Assembly: GCA_015491135.1 (NCBI GenBank)
Contig: WFWK01000070.1
Span: 1-35,953 of the forward strand
Reading direction: 5' to 3'
DNA length: 35,953 nucleotides
DNA from: Patescibacteria group bacterium
GTDB lineage: Bacteria; Patescibacteriota; Minisyncoccia; Phycocordibacterales; UBA2100
Of the stretch, positions 18,085 to 28,605 are shown one piece after another. The position numbers and the translations under genes were made by a program. The notes under the pieces were generated by a model. The model did no database searches. It was not told where the DNA came from and saw only the letters and a list, made by a program, of their open reading frames with translations. The stretch's first letter is position 1. Each line of letters opens with the position of its first letter.

Positions 18085-19731
18085 ATGGCAAAATCTAAAA
18101 AGTTTATTTTTGTGATAGGAGGTGTGATGTCGGGGGTGGGAAAAGGAATTACCACCGCATCAATTGGGACAATTCTTCAAGCTAGAGGATATAAGGTAAA
18201 TTTAATGAAAGTTGATCCGTATCTTAATGTTGATGCCGGTACGATGAATCCGACCGAGCACGGTGAGACTTTTGTTTTAAACTCCGGACTTGAGACTGAT
18301 CAAGATATGGGAAATTATGAAAGGTTTTTAAATAAAGATTTACCACCGGAGAACTATCTTACAAGTGGAATGGTTTACAAAACCGTCATAGACAGAGAGC
18401 GTAATTTGGAATATGACGGAGCGTGTGTAGAGGCGATACCTCATGTGCGAGATGAGATTATTTCTCGTTTTGAAAAAGCGGCGAATCAAAACGGAAGCGA
18501 GATAAGTGTTATAGAAATAGGTGGAACCGTGGGAGATTTTCAAAATGCAATGTTTATGGAAGCCGCCAGAGTTATGCATGCGCGCTCTCCCAAAGATGTG
18601 GTTTTTATCATGGTTTCTTATCTGCCCATTCCTTCAAAGGTTGGAGAGATGAAAACAAAGCCGACACAAAATGCTATAAGACAGCTAAACTCCTATGGAA
18701 TACAACCTCATTTTGTAATAGGGCGAAGTGAAGAGCCGATAGACAAAAGAAGAAAAGAGAAAATTGCGATGCAATGTAACATACACCCGGAGAATGTTAT
18801 ATCCGCTCCGGATGTGGACAGTATTTACGATGTTCCTTTGAATTTTGAAAAAGATAATTTGTCAGAGATGTTACTTAAAGAGCTTTCTCTTAGACCGAAG
18901 ACAAAGAAAGCAAACCTTACAAAATGGAAGTCGTTTGTAGCCAAGATTAAAAAAGCAAACAAGCCGGTTAAGATAGCGGTTGTCGGGAAATATTTTGATA
19001 CGGGAGATTTTGTGCTCTCAGATGCATATATTTCAGTTATTGAAGCTATAAAATTCTCAGCATACGAGCTGGGGCTTAAGCCGGAGCTTCATTGGTTAAA
19101 TTCAAAAGATTTTGAAACGAACAAGATAAAAGTAAGCACTCTATCCGGCTATGACGGTGTTATAGTTCCGGGTGGTTTTGGAAAAACCGGAATTGAAGGA
19201 AAGATAAAGGTTATAAAATATGCACGAGAAAACAAAATTCCTTATCTTGGGCTTTGCTACGGAATGCAACTTATGGTTATTGAGTATGCGCGCAATGTTG
19301 CAAAGCTTAAAAATGCAACAAGCAGAGAACTTGACCCCAAGGCCGAGCACTTGGTAATTGACATTATGCCCGAGCAGGTGGAAAAAATAAAAAATAAAGA
19401 TTACGGAGGTACGATGCGGTTGGGCGCATATCCGGCCTATTTAAAGAAAGGAACTATCGCTCGCAGAGCTTACAAAAAAGAGCTTGTAAACGAAAGGCAC
19501 AGGCATCGCTACGAAGTAAATCCTGAGTATGTAAAAACTCTTGAAGAGGCAGGCTTGATGTTCTCAGGGGTATTTCCTGACAAAAAACTTATGGAGATAG
19601 CCGAGCTTCCAGTTAAAAAACATCCCTTCATGTTGGGGGTTCAGTTTCATCCGGAGCTGCAAGCGCGCCCTTTGAGCCCGCATCCGATATTTACCGAATT
19701 TTTAAAGGTGGTGAAGAAAGGTGCGCATTAA
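18085..19731 (+). CDS. pyrG: CTP synthase
   Basis: GGVMSGVGKG, DPYLNVDAGTMNPTEHGE, KTKPTQ, GLCYGMQ, ERHRHRYE, QFHPE. Start may be GTG 18079. Confidence 0.98.
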   Translation: MAKSKKFIFVIGGVMSGVGKGITTASIGTILQARGYKVNLMKVDPYLNVDAGTMNPTEHGETFVLNSGLETDQDMGNYERFLNKDLPPENYLTSGMVYKTVIDRERNLEYDGACVEAIPHVRDEIISRFEKAANQNGSEISVIEIGGTVGDFQNAMFMEAARVMHARSPKDVVFIMVSYLPIPSKVGEMKTKPTQNAIRQLNSYGIQPHFVIGRSEEPIDKRRKEKIAMQCNIHPENVISAPDVDSIYDVPLNFEKDNLSEMLLKELSLRPKTKKANLTKWKSFVAKIKKANKPVKIAVVGKYFDTGDFVLSDAYISVIEAIKFSAYELGLKPELHWLNSKDFETNKIKVSTLSGYDGVIVPGGFGKTGIEGKIKVIKYARENKIPYLGLCYGMQLMVIEYARNVAKLKNATSRELDPKAEHLVIDIMPEQVEKIKNKDYGGTMRLGAYPAYLKKGTIARRAYKKELVNERHRHRYEVNPEYVKTLEEAGLMFSGVFPDKKLMEIAELPVKKHPFMLGVQFHPELQARPLSPHPIFTEFLKVVKKGAH

Positions 19732-19848
19732 CTAGCGACCCGTTAAATAAGTGTTGATATTATGATAGGTGTTGACTAAATATTATTTTGTCTTTATAAC
19801 TTACAAAGGAAAAGGAGTTTTACAAAATTCAGCAAAAGGAGGTAAAAG

Positions 19849-20616
19849 ATGCAAAAAAGCTACGTAGGCCTTTGGGGTCTTCTGTTTAAACTGGGAATTA
19901 AAGCAGTCTCCATTTTTGCCAAGTTGGGTAAAGTCGGCTTGGCTTCGGTTACGTTTGCTAGTTATTCATATATTTTTTCATGGCAGTTTGCCGCAATGCT
20001 CATTATACAATTATTTGTTCACGAAATGGGCCATGTATGGGCTATGAAAAGGTATGGGATGAATGTACAAGGGGTTTATTTCATTCCTTTTATGGGGGCG
20101 GCAGCTGTAACTGACGACGAGTTCCCTACAAGAAAAGCAGAGGCTGTTATAGCCATTATGGGTCCCGTTTGGGGTTTTGCTTGTGCTGTTGCAACATATC
20201 TTATTTATCTTGCAACTGGCAATCCGATATTTGCAGTTGGAGCTAGTTTTATGGCTCTTGTCAATCTTTTTAATCTGTTGCCCATAAATCCGCTGGATGG
20301 AGGGCGCATTTTTAAATCACTTGCTTTCTCGGTTAACTCTTATGCAGGGTTGGCTGTGGTGGCTTTAGGTCTTGTAGCTGGTTTTTATCTATCTGTCAGA
20401 TACGAAATTTATTTGTTCGCCGTAATTATACTAGTAGGACTTTTCGAGTTGATGTTTGAATTTCGCAACAAAAAAGGAAAGCCACCAATGACTTTCTTGG
20501 AGGTTCTTTTTCTGGCAGTTGGATATATAGGCATATCAGCTCTTTTTGTGGGATTAATGGTTCATGCCGAAAATGTTACCGGAGCTGATATTGCCATGGA
20601 GGTTTTGCGAGGATAA
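19849..20616 (+). CDS. Site-2 protease (M50 intramembrane zinc metalloprotease)
   Basis: HEMGH, AIMGP and NLFNLLPINPLDGGR motifs in hydrophobic context; AAGGAGGT at 19836-19843. Confidence 0.93.
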   Translation: MQKSYVGLWGLLFKLGIKAVSIFAKLGKVGLASVTFASYSYIFSWQFAAMLIIQLFVHEMGHVWAMKRYGMNVQGVYFIPFMGAAAVTDDEFPTRKAEAVIAIMGPVWGFACAVATYLIYLATGNPIFAVGASFMALVNLFNLLPINPLDGGRIFKSLAFSVNSYAGLAVVALGLVAGFYLSVRYEIYLFAVIILVGLFELMFEFRNKKGKPPMTFLEVLFLAVGYIGISALFVGLMVHAENVTGADIAMEVLRG

Positions 20617-20620
20617 ACAA

Positions 20621-20649
20621 GGACCCGGAGTTTTTCTCCGGGCCTTTTA
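20621..20649 (+). terminator. Probable intrinsic terminator
   Basis: ggacccggag-ttttt-ctccgggcc followed by tttt. Confidence 0.65.
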
Positions 20650-20716
20650 AATTTTAAATTGCGTTTATTTTAAAAATGGGTATTATATATTCGGGCGAAA
20701 GCCCGTGTTGATTTAT

Positions 20717-20787
20717 TGCCGGGTCGTCTAATGGTAGGACAGCGGGTTTTGGTCCCGTTAGTCGGGGTTCGAGTCCCTGCCCGGCAG
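20717..20787 (+). tRNA. tRNA-Gln(TTG)
   Basis: TGCCGGG/CCCGGCA acceptor, GCGGG-TT-TTG-GT-CCCGT anticodon arm, GGTTCGAGTCC. CCA not encoded. Confidence 0.95.
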
Positions 20788-21113
20788 CAACAACAGTAAA
20801 CGTTCAATACGGATGTATTGAACGTTTTTCTGTTGTCTGTCCGGCTGGGGCTCGAAGAAAGGCGCTCCGTTATCACTTTTAGCTCTCATAGAGCAGTATG
20901 CATCTTTTAATTTCCGTATCGGTTCTCTTAAAAGGCGGGGCGTGGTGAGGTGTAGGTGCACGAAGCCGGCGAGCCCAGACTGTAGATTTTTAATTAACGC
21001 TTGCGTTGCAAGCGGAGCGATGTTTTTACATCGCTCCTAGAAAATCTACAGTCTGGGCAGGTAAAGGCAGTAAACACTCAATACGAATGTATTGGGTGTT
21101 TTTCTGTTGCCTG
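20788..21113 (+). repeat. tRNA-anchored modular element, Gln copy
   Basis: 46-bp hairpin repeated at 20794-20839 and 21068-21113 (39/46); antisense to tRNA-Gln 3' end at 20837-20856 (16/20); cgagccc/gggcagg scaffold shared with the Val copy. Confidence 0.8.
20977..21054. mobile_element. 78-bp branched-hairpin insert, copy 1
   Basis: agactgtagatttt ... aaaatctacagtct termini with two internal hairpins; homologous to 34067-34144. Confidence 0.8.
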
Positions 21114-21228
21114 GATCATGTTTTAAAGTAGAGGGGTGCGCACTCTCTTTAGTTTATACACAATTGGGTGTTGTGTTTTTAGAGTTTGTATGTGTTATAA
21201 TTTAGTAAATTAAAAGTTATTTACCAAT

Positions 21229-22512
21229 ATGGCAAAAGTTTCTTTCAATGCAATAAATGATGAGTTTCCAGAGAGGAAACCTACAATACGTGACATACAA
21301 CCTACCAAAAGAAAAAAACCGCTAAATTCATATACTTACCCACCGGTGAGAAACTCAGGTAGTAAGTTCAAAAAAGCCGGCTGGGTTTTTCTGGGCCTTG
21401 GGGTTTTACTAGTCTTAGCTACCGTTTTTGTTGTTTTACTGATGGGAAAAACAGATATAAATTTGAAGGTAAGAGAGGCTTCGGTTACACTATCTGACGA
21501 TGTAATAAGAGAAGCTTACAGAACCCCCGAGGAAAACGAACTGCCCTTTGTAGTGTTTGAAGAAGAGGCTACCGAAAGTGTGTTGGTGCCGGCAACCGAG
21601 AAAAAATATGTAGAACAAAAAGCTTCCGGCAAGTTGGTTGTATATAACAAATTTAAGAAAGGACCGCAAAAAATAATAAAAAACACACGTTTTGAAGCGC
21701 CGGATGGCAAAATATACAGAGTAAGAAATTCTTTCATAATACCGGGTTACAAGGTGGTTGATGGAAAAATAGTACCCGGGAAAACCGAAATTATTGTTTA
21801 TGCCGATGAGGCAGGCGAGGAGTACAACAAAGAATCGGCCAAATTTACTTTGCCTGGCTTAAAGGGTGACCCCAGGTATGACAAAATATGGGCTGAAACA
21901 AAAACTCCACTATCAGGCGGATTTAAAGGAACAAAACCGGTAGTCTCAGAAGTTGTGCGAGAGCAGGAAAGCCAAAAACTGGAAGTAACACTAGCCGATA
22001 AACTATACAATAAGTTAAAAGAAAGACTCGCTGACAAATATGTTGTCTTTAAAGATTCACTGTTTATTGATTATCAACTAAACGAAACTGTTAAAGATGA
22101 CGAAGGTGTTGAATTGCAAGCAACGGGAAGAGCTAAAGCGATTGTATTTCCGATGAACAGTTTTGCTGACTTTATTCTTGTCGACTCCGGTGAGGAGTAT
22201 TCCGAAGGTGATAAAACTGTTATCAATACTCAAGAGTTAACTTTTGCGTTTATACAAAAAGATGAAATAGACCCCGATGTAGATGAAGTGGTAAAGTTCA
22301 CCATCTCCGGTACCGCCAAAATACGCTGGAATTTGGATAAAGACAAATTTATACAAGGTGTTTTAGGAAAACCCGAAGACGAGTTTGACGCTTACGCCAG
22401 CTCAAACCCGGCTGTAGTTGATCACTCTTATAAATTGCGACCAATCTGGAGAAGTACATTCCCGACAAATCCAGAGAACATAAGGCTTAATATTGAGTTT
22501 GTAGAGAAGTAA
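21229..22512 (+). CDS. Membrane-anchored protein with baseplate J/gp47-like domain
   Basis: Single TM near aa 50-72, then KASGKLVVYN...TRFEAPDGKIYR...VYADEAGEEYN...LSGG, a pattern recalled from solitary CPR baseplate-J-like proteins. Confidence 0.65.
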   Translation: MAKVSFNAINDEFPERKPTIRDIQPTKRKKPLNSYTYPPVRNSGSKFKKAGWVFLGLGVLLVLATVFVVLLMGKTDINLKVREASVTLSDDVIREAYRTPEENELPFVVFEEEATESVLVPATEKKYVEQKASGKLVVYNKFKKGPQKIIKNTRFEAPDGKIYRVRNSFIIPGYKVVDGKIVPGKTEIIVYADEAGEEYNKESAKFTLPGLKGDPRYDKIWAETKTPLSGGFKGTKPVVSEVVREQESQKLEVTLADKLYNKLKERLADKYVVFKDSLFIDYQLNETVKDDEGVELQATGRAKAIVFPMNSFADFILVDSGEEYSEGDKTVINTQELTFAFIQKDEIDPDVDEVVKFTISGTAKIRWNLDKDKFIQGVLGKPEDEFDAYASSNPAVVDHSYKLRPIWRSTFPTNPENIRLNIEFVEK

Positions 22513-22527
22513 TTGTATACTAAATGC

Positions 22528-22743
22528 ATGAGTGAAAAAGAAAAAGATGAAAATTTGAAAGAGGGAGTGGTTCTTGAGATGTTGCCAAATGCCATGTTTA
22601 AGGTTGAAATAGATGGTCAGGAGCAGTTGGCTTACTTGGCAGGTAAAATGCGAATACACAGAATAAAGGTTTTAGTTGGTGATAAAGTATTGGTTAAAAC
22701 TGATCCTTACGGAGGCAAGGGCAGAATAGTTCGTCGTATTTAG
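22528..22743 (+). CDS. infA: Translation initiation factor IF-1
   Basis: EGVVLEMLPNAMFKV...LAGKMRIHRIKVLVGDKV...KGRIVRR; ATG 22528. Confidence 0.97.
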   Translation: MSEKEKDENLKEGVVLEMLPNAMFKVEIDGQEQLAYLAGKMRIHRIKVLVGDKVLVKTDPYGGKGRIVRRI

Positions 22744-22838
22744 TAAAGAAGGATAATTTTCTTGGCATCTTGAATTTCTCATTATTTTGTTGCTTGAGGA
22801 AATTTTACCACTAATCTAAATAGGTGTATAATAAATGC

Positions 22839-25427
22839 ATGGTAAATGTAGAGGGACTAACGGATAAGTCAAGAGAAGCTCTGGAATCTGCGGTCTCTTT
22901 CGCTCAAGAGTTTAAAAACAGTACGGTATCACCACTGCATCTTTTACTGGCGCTTTTAAACCAAAAAGACACAGCGGTTGAGCTTGTTTTGCTTTCTTTA
23001 AATGCAGACATTACCCAGTTGGTTCAAGAGGTTAAAAATATTTTATCATCGCATTCCAAAGCCCAATCTCTATCGCAGATGCCCTATATAGAGCAAGATC
23101 TTGTTTCTGTTTTGTCTTCTGCTGAGAGAAGTGCTACAGAAGGTGGCGATGAGTTTGTCAGTACGGAGCACCTACTTTTGGCTTTATTTGACAATCCTCA
23201 AATTAAAAACTTCTTTGAAAACTTTAATATTACAAAAAATGAAATTATTAGCGCTTTAAAAGAAATAAAAGGAGATATGAAAATAGATACAAAAACACCG
23301 GAGAATAAATATAAAGTTCTTCAAAAATATGGCACAGATTTTACAAAATTGGCACAAGAAGGAAAGCTTGATCCTGTAATAGGGAGAGATGATGAAATTC
23401 GCAGAGTAATACAAGTGCTCCTGAGACGAACCAAAAACAACCCAGTACTGATTGGTGATCCGGGAGTCGGAAAGACCGCTATTGTAGAAGGATTGGCGCA
23501 AAGAATTGTTTCAGGTGATGTGCCGGAGTCGCTTAAAAATAAAAAAATTATAGGCCTTGAAATTGGTGCTTTGCTTGCCGGTGCCAAATTCAGGGGAGAG
23601 TTTGAAGAGAGATTTAAATCTGTTTTGGATGAAGTTGAAAAATCAAATGGAGAAATAATCTTGTTTATAGACGAATTGCACACTTTGGTTGGAGCCGGGG
23701 GAAGCGAAGGGGCGGTAGATGCCGGTAACATGATAAAACCCATGCTTGCTCGCGGAAAACTGAGAGTAATAGGTGCTACAACTCTGACAGAGTACAGAAA
23801 ATATATAGAAAAAGACGCTGCTTTGGAAAGGAGGTTTCAAAAAGTTTTTGTAGAGGAGCCTTCGGTTGAAGAGACGATAGCAATATTACGTGGTCTAAAA
23901 GAAAAGTATGAAATCCATCATGGAGTAAAAATCACAGACGGAGCGATAGTTGCGGCCGCTAAAATGGCAGACAGATATATAACCGATCGTTTTGCTCCTG
24001 ACAAAGCGATTGACCTGATAGATGAGGCAACCTCAATGTTAAAGATGGAAATTGAGAGCATGCCGGAGGAGATAGAAAAATTACAAAGGCAAATAAGCAT
24101 GCTCAAAATTCAAAAAGAGGCTCTAAAACTTGAAAAAGACGAAGCAAGCAAAGAGAACCTGTCCAACATTGACCAAAAACTCGCATCTCTGCAGGAAGAG
24201 TATGAGGCAAAGCTTGCTCGTTGGAAAAAAGAAAAAGAGCTTGTAAAAACCGTTCGCGAACTTTCGGAGAAGATAGAGCAATTGAAAATTGAACAAGAAC
24301 AAGCACAAAGAGACGGAAATTATGAAAAAGCGGCTGAAATACAGTATGCAAAAATCCCCGAGTTGCAAAAGAAAATTGAAGAAGCCAAAAAAGAGCTTGA
24401 AAAAATACCGGAAAACGAGCGTTTTATAAGAGAAGAGGTGACCGCTGAAGATATAGCAAATGTTGTTTCAAAATGGACGGGAATTCCAGTTTCAAAGCTA
24501 ATGCAAGATGAGGCAGGAAAACTCACTCATCTTGAAGATGAACTTAGAAAGTACGTGGTGGGACAAAATGAAGCCGTTGAGGCCGTAGCGCGAGCGATAA
24601 GGAGAGCGCGTGCCGGTCTTAAGGCGCACAATAGACCGATAGGATCGTTTCTGTTTTTGGGACCAACTGGAGTTGGTAAAACCGAGCTTGTAAAAGCTTT
24701 GGCTGAAGTCTTGTTTAATGACAGACATGCCATTGTCAGAATAGATATGTCGGAGTATATGGAAAAACATGCCGTCTCAAGGCTTATAGGAGCGCCTCCC
24801 GGTTATGTTGGATATGAAGAGGCGGGGCAGTTGACAGAACCGGTCAGAAGAAGACCGTATTCGGTTGTGTTGTTTGATGAGATCGAAAAGGCTCACCCCG
24901 AGGTGTTCAACATACTTTTGCAAGTTCTGGATGACGGCAGACTCACCGACTCACAAGGAAGAGTTGTTGATTTTTCAAATACAATTATAGTTATGACATC
25001 CAACCTTGGAAGTGGCATCATATATGAATGGGACGGGAAAGACTCAAAAGATCTGCAAAGCCGAGTAATGAAACGAGTTTTGCAACACTTTAAGCCCGAG
25101 TTTATAAACCGAATTGACGATATCATTATCTTCCACAGGTTGTCTGAAGAAGATCTAAAACAAATAGTTGATATCCAGCTTCAAAATGTTGCAAAAGAAT
25201 TGCAACAAGAAAGGCGTATCACTCTTGTGGTTGACGATTCGGCAAAGAAGCTTCTTGCAAAAGAGGGTTATGAGCCGGCATTTGGAGCGCGACCACTTAA
25301 AAGAGCTATACAACGCTTGCTTCTTGACGAGTTGGCAATGCAAATTATAGAAGGCAAAATAAAAGATGGAGATAAAGTTGTCGTAAAGGCCAAAGGTGAC
25401 AAACTCGTTTTTGAAAATGAAAAATAA
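22839..25427 (+). CDS. clpB: ATP-dependent chaperone ClpB
   Basis: Clp N-domain, GDPGVGKT and GPTGVGKT Walker A motifs, long coiled-coil middle domain, [17 protein letters not shown]. Confidence 0.97.
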   Translation: MVNVEGLTDKSREALESAVSFAQEFKNSTVSPLHLLLALLNQKDTAVELVLLSLNADITQLVQEVKNILSSHSKAQSLSQMPYIEQDLVSVLSSAERSATEGGDEFVSTEHLLLALFDNPQIKNFFENFNITKNEIISALKEIKGDMKIDTKTPENKYKVLQKYGTDFTKLAQEGKLDPVIGRDDEIRRVIQVLLRRTKNNPVLIGDPGVGKTAIVEGLAQRIVSGDVPESLKNKKIIGLEIGALLAGAKFRGEFEERFKSVLDEVEKSNGEIILFIDELHTLVGAGGSEGAVDAGNMIKPMLARGKLRVIGATTLTEYRKYIEKDAALERRFQKVFVEEPSVEETIAILRGLKEKYEIHHGVKITDGAIVAAAKMADRYITDRFAPDKAIDLIDEATSMLKMEIESMPEEIEKLQRQISMLKIQKEALKLEKDEASKENLSNIDQKLASLQEEYEAKLARWKKEKELVKTVRELSEKIEQLKIEQEQAQRDGNYEKAAEIQYAKIPELQKKIEEAKKELEKIPENERFIREEVTAEDIANVVSKWTGIPVSKLMQDEAGKLTHLEDELRKYVVGQNEAVEAVARAIRRARAGLKAHNRPIGSFLFLGPTGVGKTELVKALAEVLFNDRHAIVRIDMSEYMEKHAVSRLIGAPPGYVGYEEAGQLTEPVRRRPYSVVLFDEIEKAHPEVFNILLQVLDDGRLTDSQGRVVDFSNTIIVMTSNLGSGIIYEWDGKDSKDLQSRVMKRVLQHFKPEFINRIDDIIIFHRLSEEDLKQIVDIQLQNVAKELQQERRITLVVDDSAKKLLAKEGYEPAFGARPLKRAIQRLLLDELAMQIIEGKIKDGDKVVVKAKGDKLVFENEK

Positions 25428-25758
25428 AGTAAAAATAAAACTGCTAATCACAGATCAAAAGCGAGTATTACTCGTTCGAAGTACCAGTTTGCCCGATAGG
25501 GAAAATTTCGGCGAGTACTATTCCATGCCGTCTTTTAAAGTCTCTTTGGACGAGGTAGTAAATTTCAGAATTTGGGTTATGAACAATTTGGGTGTAGTGC
25601 TTGATTCATGGAAAGAGGTGAACTCTCAAAACAGTTATAAAATTTTTGTCGGATTATGCAAAAACTTACCTGATGAGTATCCATTTAAGCCGGTAGATTT
25701 TGACGAAATTGGCAAATGGTGTTTTGACACAAGCTTTAATGTGAGGGATTTACTATAA
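25417..25758 (+). CDS. Hypothetical protein, possibly degenerate Nudix fold
   Basis: ORF overlaps the clpB stop. [13 protein letters not shown]...YSMPS resembles Nudix N-terminal strands but there is no Nudix box. Confidence 0.55.
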   Translation: MKNKVKIKLLITDQKRVLLVRSTSLPDRENFGEYYSMPSFKVSLDEVVNFRIWVMNNLGVVLDSWKEVNSQNSYKIFVGLCKNLPDEYPFKPVDFDEIGKWCFDTSFNVRDLL

Positions 25759-25808
25759 AGTACAGGACCGCTTTTGATTTACTTGTAGCTGTAGTATAAT
25801 CTCGCTTA

Positions 25809-27905
25809 ATGGATTACACCAGTATTATCGAGCTTGCAACACATTCGTCAAATTTTTTGTTGCTTTCCGCTTTTGTTTTGGCGTTTGCCGAATCTTTGGC
25901 TTTTGTTGGGCTTTTAACACCTGGGACGGTAGCGGTTGGACTGTTGGGCGCTTTGGCTTCACATTCCCAAATTGAAATAACGAAACTTATGGTCATAACG
26001 GCTTTAGGGGCATTTTTAGGTGATTTTGCTAGTTTTTATTTGGGAAAATTTGCAGATAAAATATTCAGAGGAGGAAAACTGCAGAAGCTTCCACAGAACT
26101 CATATGTAAAAAGGGCAGAGGAATTTTTCTACAATTACGGAGGTGTCAGTGTTTTTTTGGGAAGGTTTATAGGACCGATAAGGCCCATTATACCTTTTGT
26201 GGCGGGAATGCTTAAAATGAAAACCGCCACATTCATTTGGTGGGATCTTACAAGTGCTGTTGCTTGGTCTGTTTCGGTTTTGGCAACCGGGTATTTCTTC
26301 GGAGAAGCGATAAAGGTGCTTATAAATCAATCTTTGAAAGCAGTTATTTTGTTTGGCTTTATCCTATTGTTCATTTTTATAATCTTTTTGGTAGATAGGA
26401 TAATTTTAAAAACCAAAGGAGTTTACAGCGAACTTTACAGATTAACAAAAGTTGCCTTCAGGGCAATTTTGGCAGATGAGAAAGTACAAAAGTTAATATC
26501 AAAATATCCAAAATTTGTTACATTCTTTAAAAACAGGTTTAAGAAAGACTTATACGGCCTTTATCTAACTTTGACCGTTTTATCGGTTTCTTATTTAACT
26601 TTTCTTTTTGTAAAAATTTATACAGGTTTAAAGTCCGGCATTGTAGCAGATAATGATTTGCGAATACTGAATTTGGTATCTATATTCCAAAATTTTCAGT
26701 TGGCAAAGTGGTTTTATTGGATAACCATATTGGGAGAGTGGAAATTTATAATACTTTTGTTCCCTGTATTGTTTTGGGTTTTGCGAAAAAAGATACACCT
26801 TTTTGTCTCCGCATTTGCAGGGTTTGCTTTGGTGGGTTTATCTGTAAAGATTCTTAAAAACATTATACAGAGACCGCGCCCTGAGCTTGCTATGATCTCT
26901 GAGACATCTTTTGCGTTTCCAAGTGGTCATGCGGCTTTTTCAACCTTTTTTTATGGATTTATTATTTATCTGATTTTTAAACTTTTAAAAAATTACTGGA
27001 GAGCCAAAATTAATTTGGCATTTGCGATTTTAATACTTATAGTCGCAATTGGATTTTCAAGAGTGTATTTGGGAGTTCATTTTGCAAGTGATATAGTAGC
27101 GGGGACTGTTTTAGGAATTGCAATTTTAATAATTACAATATACATATCCAAATATTTGGAGGGCAAATTAAAATTTGAATTTTGGCCGAAGTTAAACGGA
27201 CAGTATTTGATATTGAGCTTTGCTTTTATGCCTGCCGTTTTGTTCTTTTCATTTGAAGCAATGAAATATTCTGACATCAAAATACCGTACATACAAATAA
27301 CCCAAAATGAAAAATTATTTATTGAAGCTTTACCCGAACAGCTTAAATATTCAGAAACCATTTTTGGAACTCCACAGGAGCCGATGAATTTCATTATTCT
27401 TGCAAACTCAGATAAAGATTTGATAAAAGCTTTTGAGAGAGCCGGTTGGTCTTTGGCGGATAAGGCTGACACCAACTCTCTACTGAAAGCTTTGTATTCT
27501 TTGTTTACTCAAAATCCATACCCAAATGCTCCGATAACTCCGTCGTTTTGGAACAAGCAGGTTCATGACTTTGGATTTCAAAAGCAACTTCCAAATGAGG
27601 GTGTAAAAGCTCGGCATCATGCCAGATTTTGGAAGACGCCTTATATATTAAACGGAAAACGTGTTTATTTTGGGACAGCAAGTTTAGACAAAGAGGTTAA
27701 ATGGTTTATAACCCACAAAATAGATCCTGACATAGACACCGAAAGAGAGTACATATTTTCCGATTTGAAAAAAGCAGGAGCTATTGTAAGTTCAGAAAAA
27801 ATAAATTTGGTTAAACCGACTCTTGGTAAAAATTTTGCAGGTGATCCATTCTTTACAGACGGTAAGACTTATGTGTTAGAATTAAAAATGTTAACAAATA
27901 AATAA
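25809..27905 (+). CDS. DedA + PAP2 phosphatase + LssY C-terminal domain fusion
   Basis: DedA (AESLAFVGLLTPG, LGRFIGPIR), PAP2 (KNIIQRPRP, FPSGHA, SRVYLGVHFASD), LssY-like C-terminus (QEPMNF, RHHARFW, THKIDPDIDTER). Confidence 0.88.
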   Translation: MDYTSIIELATHSSNFLLLSAFVLAFAESLAFVGLLTPGTVAVGLLGALASHSQIEITKLMVITALGAFLGDFASFYLGKFADKIFRGGKLQKLPQNSYVKRAEEFFYNYGGVSVFLGRFIGPIRPIIPFVAGMLKMKTATFIWWDLTSAVAWSVSVLATGYFFGEAIKVLINQSLKAVILFGFILLFIFIIFLVDRIILKTKGVYSELYRLTKVAFRAILADEKVQKLISKYPKFVTFFKNRFKKDLYGLYLTLTVLSVSYLTFLFVKIYTGLKSGIVADNDLRILNLVSIFQNFQLAKWFYWITILGEWKFIILLFPVLFWVLRKKIHLFVSAFAGFALVGLSVKILKNIIQRPRPELAMISETSFAFPSGHAAFSTFFYGFIIYLIFKLLKNYWRAKINLAFAILILIVAIGFSRVYLGVHFASDIVAGTVLGIAILIITIYISKYLEGKLKFEFWPKLNGQYLILSFAFMPAVLFFSFEAMKYSDIKIPYIQITQNEKLFIEALPEQLKYSETIFGTPQEPMNFIILANSDKDLIKAFERAGWSLADKADTNSLLKALYSLFTQNPYPNAPITPSFWNKQVHDFGFQKQLPNEGVKARHHARFWKTPYILNGKRVYFGTASLDKEVKWFITHKIDPDIDTEREYIFSDLKKAGAIVSSEKINLVKPTLGKNFAGDPFFTDGKTYVLELKMLTNK

Positions 27906-27910
27906 GTAAT

Positions 27911-28525
27911 ATGAAAAACTTAAATACTTTGTTTACAATAGGAGTTCTGGTTTTTGTTTTAATTATTATTCTTTTAGCTTATAAAAATTATATGCAAAAC
28001 AAAATAAAAAACCCTGCAAATGAGCAAGCACTTGAACAATCAAAAGAGACAGTGGCGACAATTTACACAAACAAAGGCAAAATAAAACTCAGACTTTTCC
28101 AAGACAAGGCACCCAAGACGGTTGAAAATTTTGTAAAGTTGGCAGATTCCGGTTTTTACAATGGTGTAAGATTTCATAGAGTAATAAAGGGATTTATGAT
28201 TCAAGCCGGAGATCCTCTTACAAAAGATGAGTCAAAAAAAGCTCTGTGGGGCACAGGTGGGCCCGGATATACTTTTGAAGATGAAATTTATCCAGGCAAC
28301 AGCAATGCAAAATGGACAATTGCCATGGCAAATGCCGGGCCAAACACCAATGGAAGCCAGTTTTTCATAAACACTGCTGATAATTTTTTCCTAAATGACA
28401 AACATACAGTTTTTGGAGAAGTTACAAATGGGTTTGAAGTGGTACAAGCAATAGAAAACACCCCAACCGGAGAAAGAGATATTCCTCAAAAAGATATAAT
28501 AATAGAGAAGATAGAAATACAATAA
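27911..28525 (+). CDS. Cyclophilin-type peptidyl-prolyl isomerase with N-terminal anchor
   Basis: APKTVENF, FHRVIKGFMIQAGDP, AMANAGPNTNGSQFFI, HTVFGEV. Confidence 0.96.
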   Translation: MKNLNTLFTIGVLVFVLIIILLAYKNYMQNKIKNPANEQALEQSKETVATIYTNKGKIKLRLFQDKAPKTVENFVKLADSGFYNGVRFHRVIKGFMIQAGDPLTKDESKKALWGTGGPGYTFEDEIYPGNSNAKWTIAMANAGPNTNGSQFFINTADNFFLNDKHTVFGEVTNGFEVVQAIENTPTGERDIPQKDIIIEKIEIQ

Positions 28526-28605
28526 TTATTCACATCTTTAAACTGGTGGAAGCCGTCTGTTTTTTGTAAAATAAATCAGGCACTAAGAAAAGAGGAGGTA
28601 TTAAA

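Noticed and set aside
20670..20961. Minus-strand ORFs 20670-20876 and 20758-20961
   Set aside because: Antisense to tRNA-Gln and its repeat element.
21229..22512. Prophage or contractile injection system
   Set aside because: Single membrane-anchored gene with no other structural genes nearby.
22745..22838. CIRCE or CtsR operator upstream of clpB
   Set aside because: ttggcatc is only a weak half-site with no matching second half; no heptad repeats seen.
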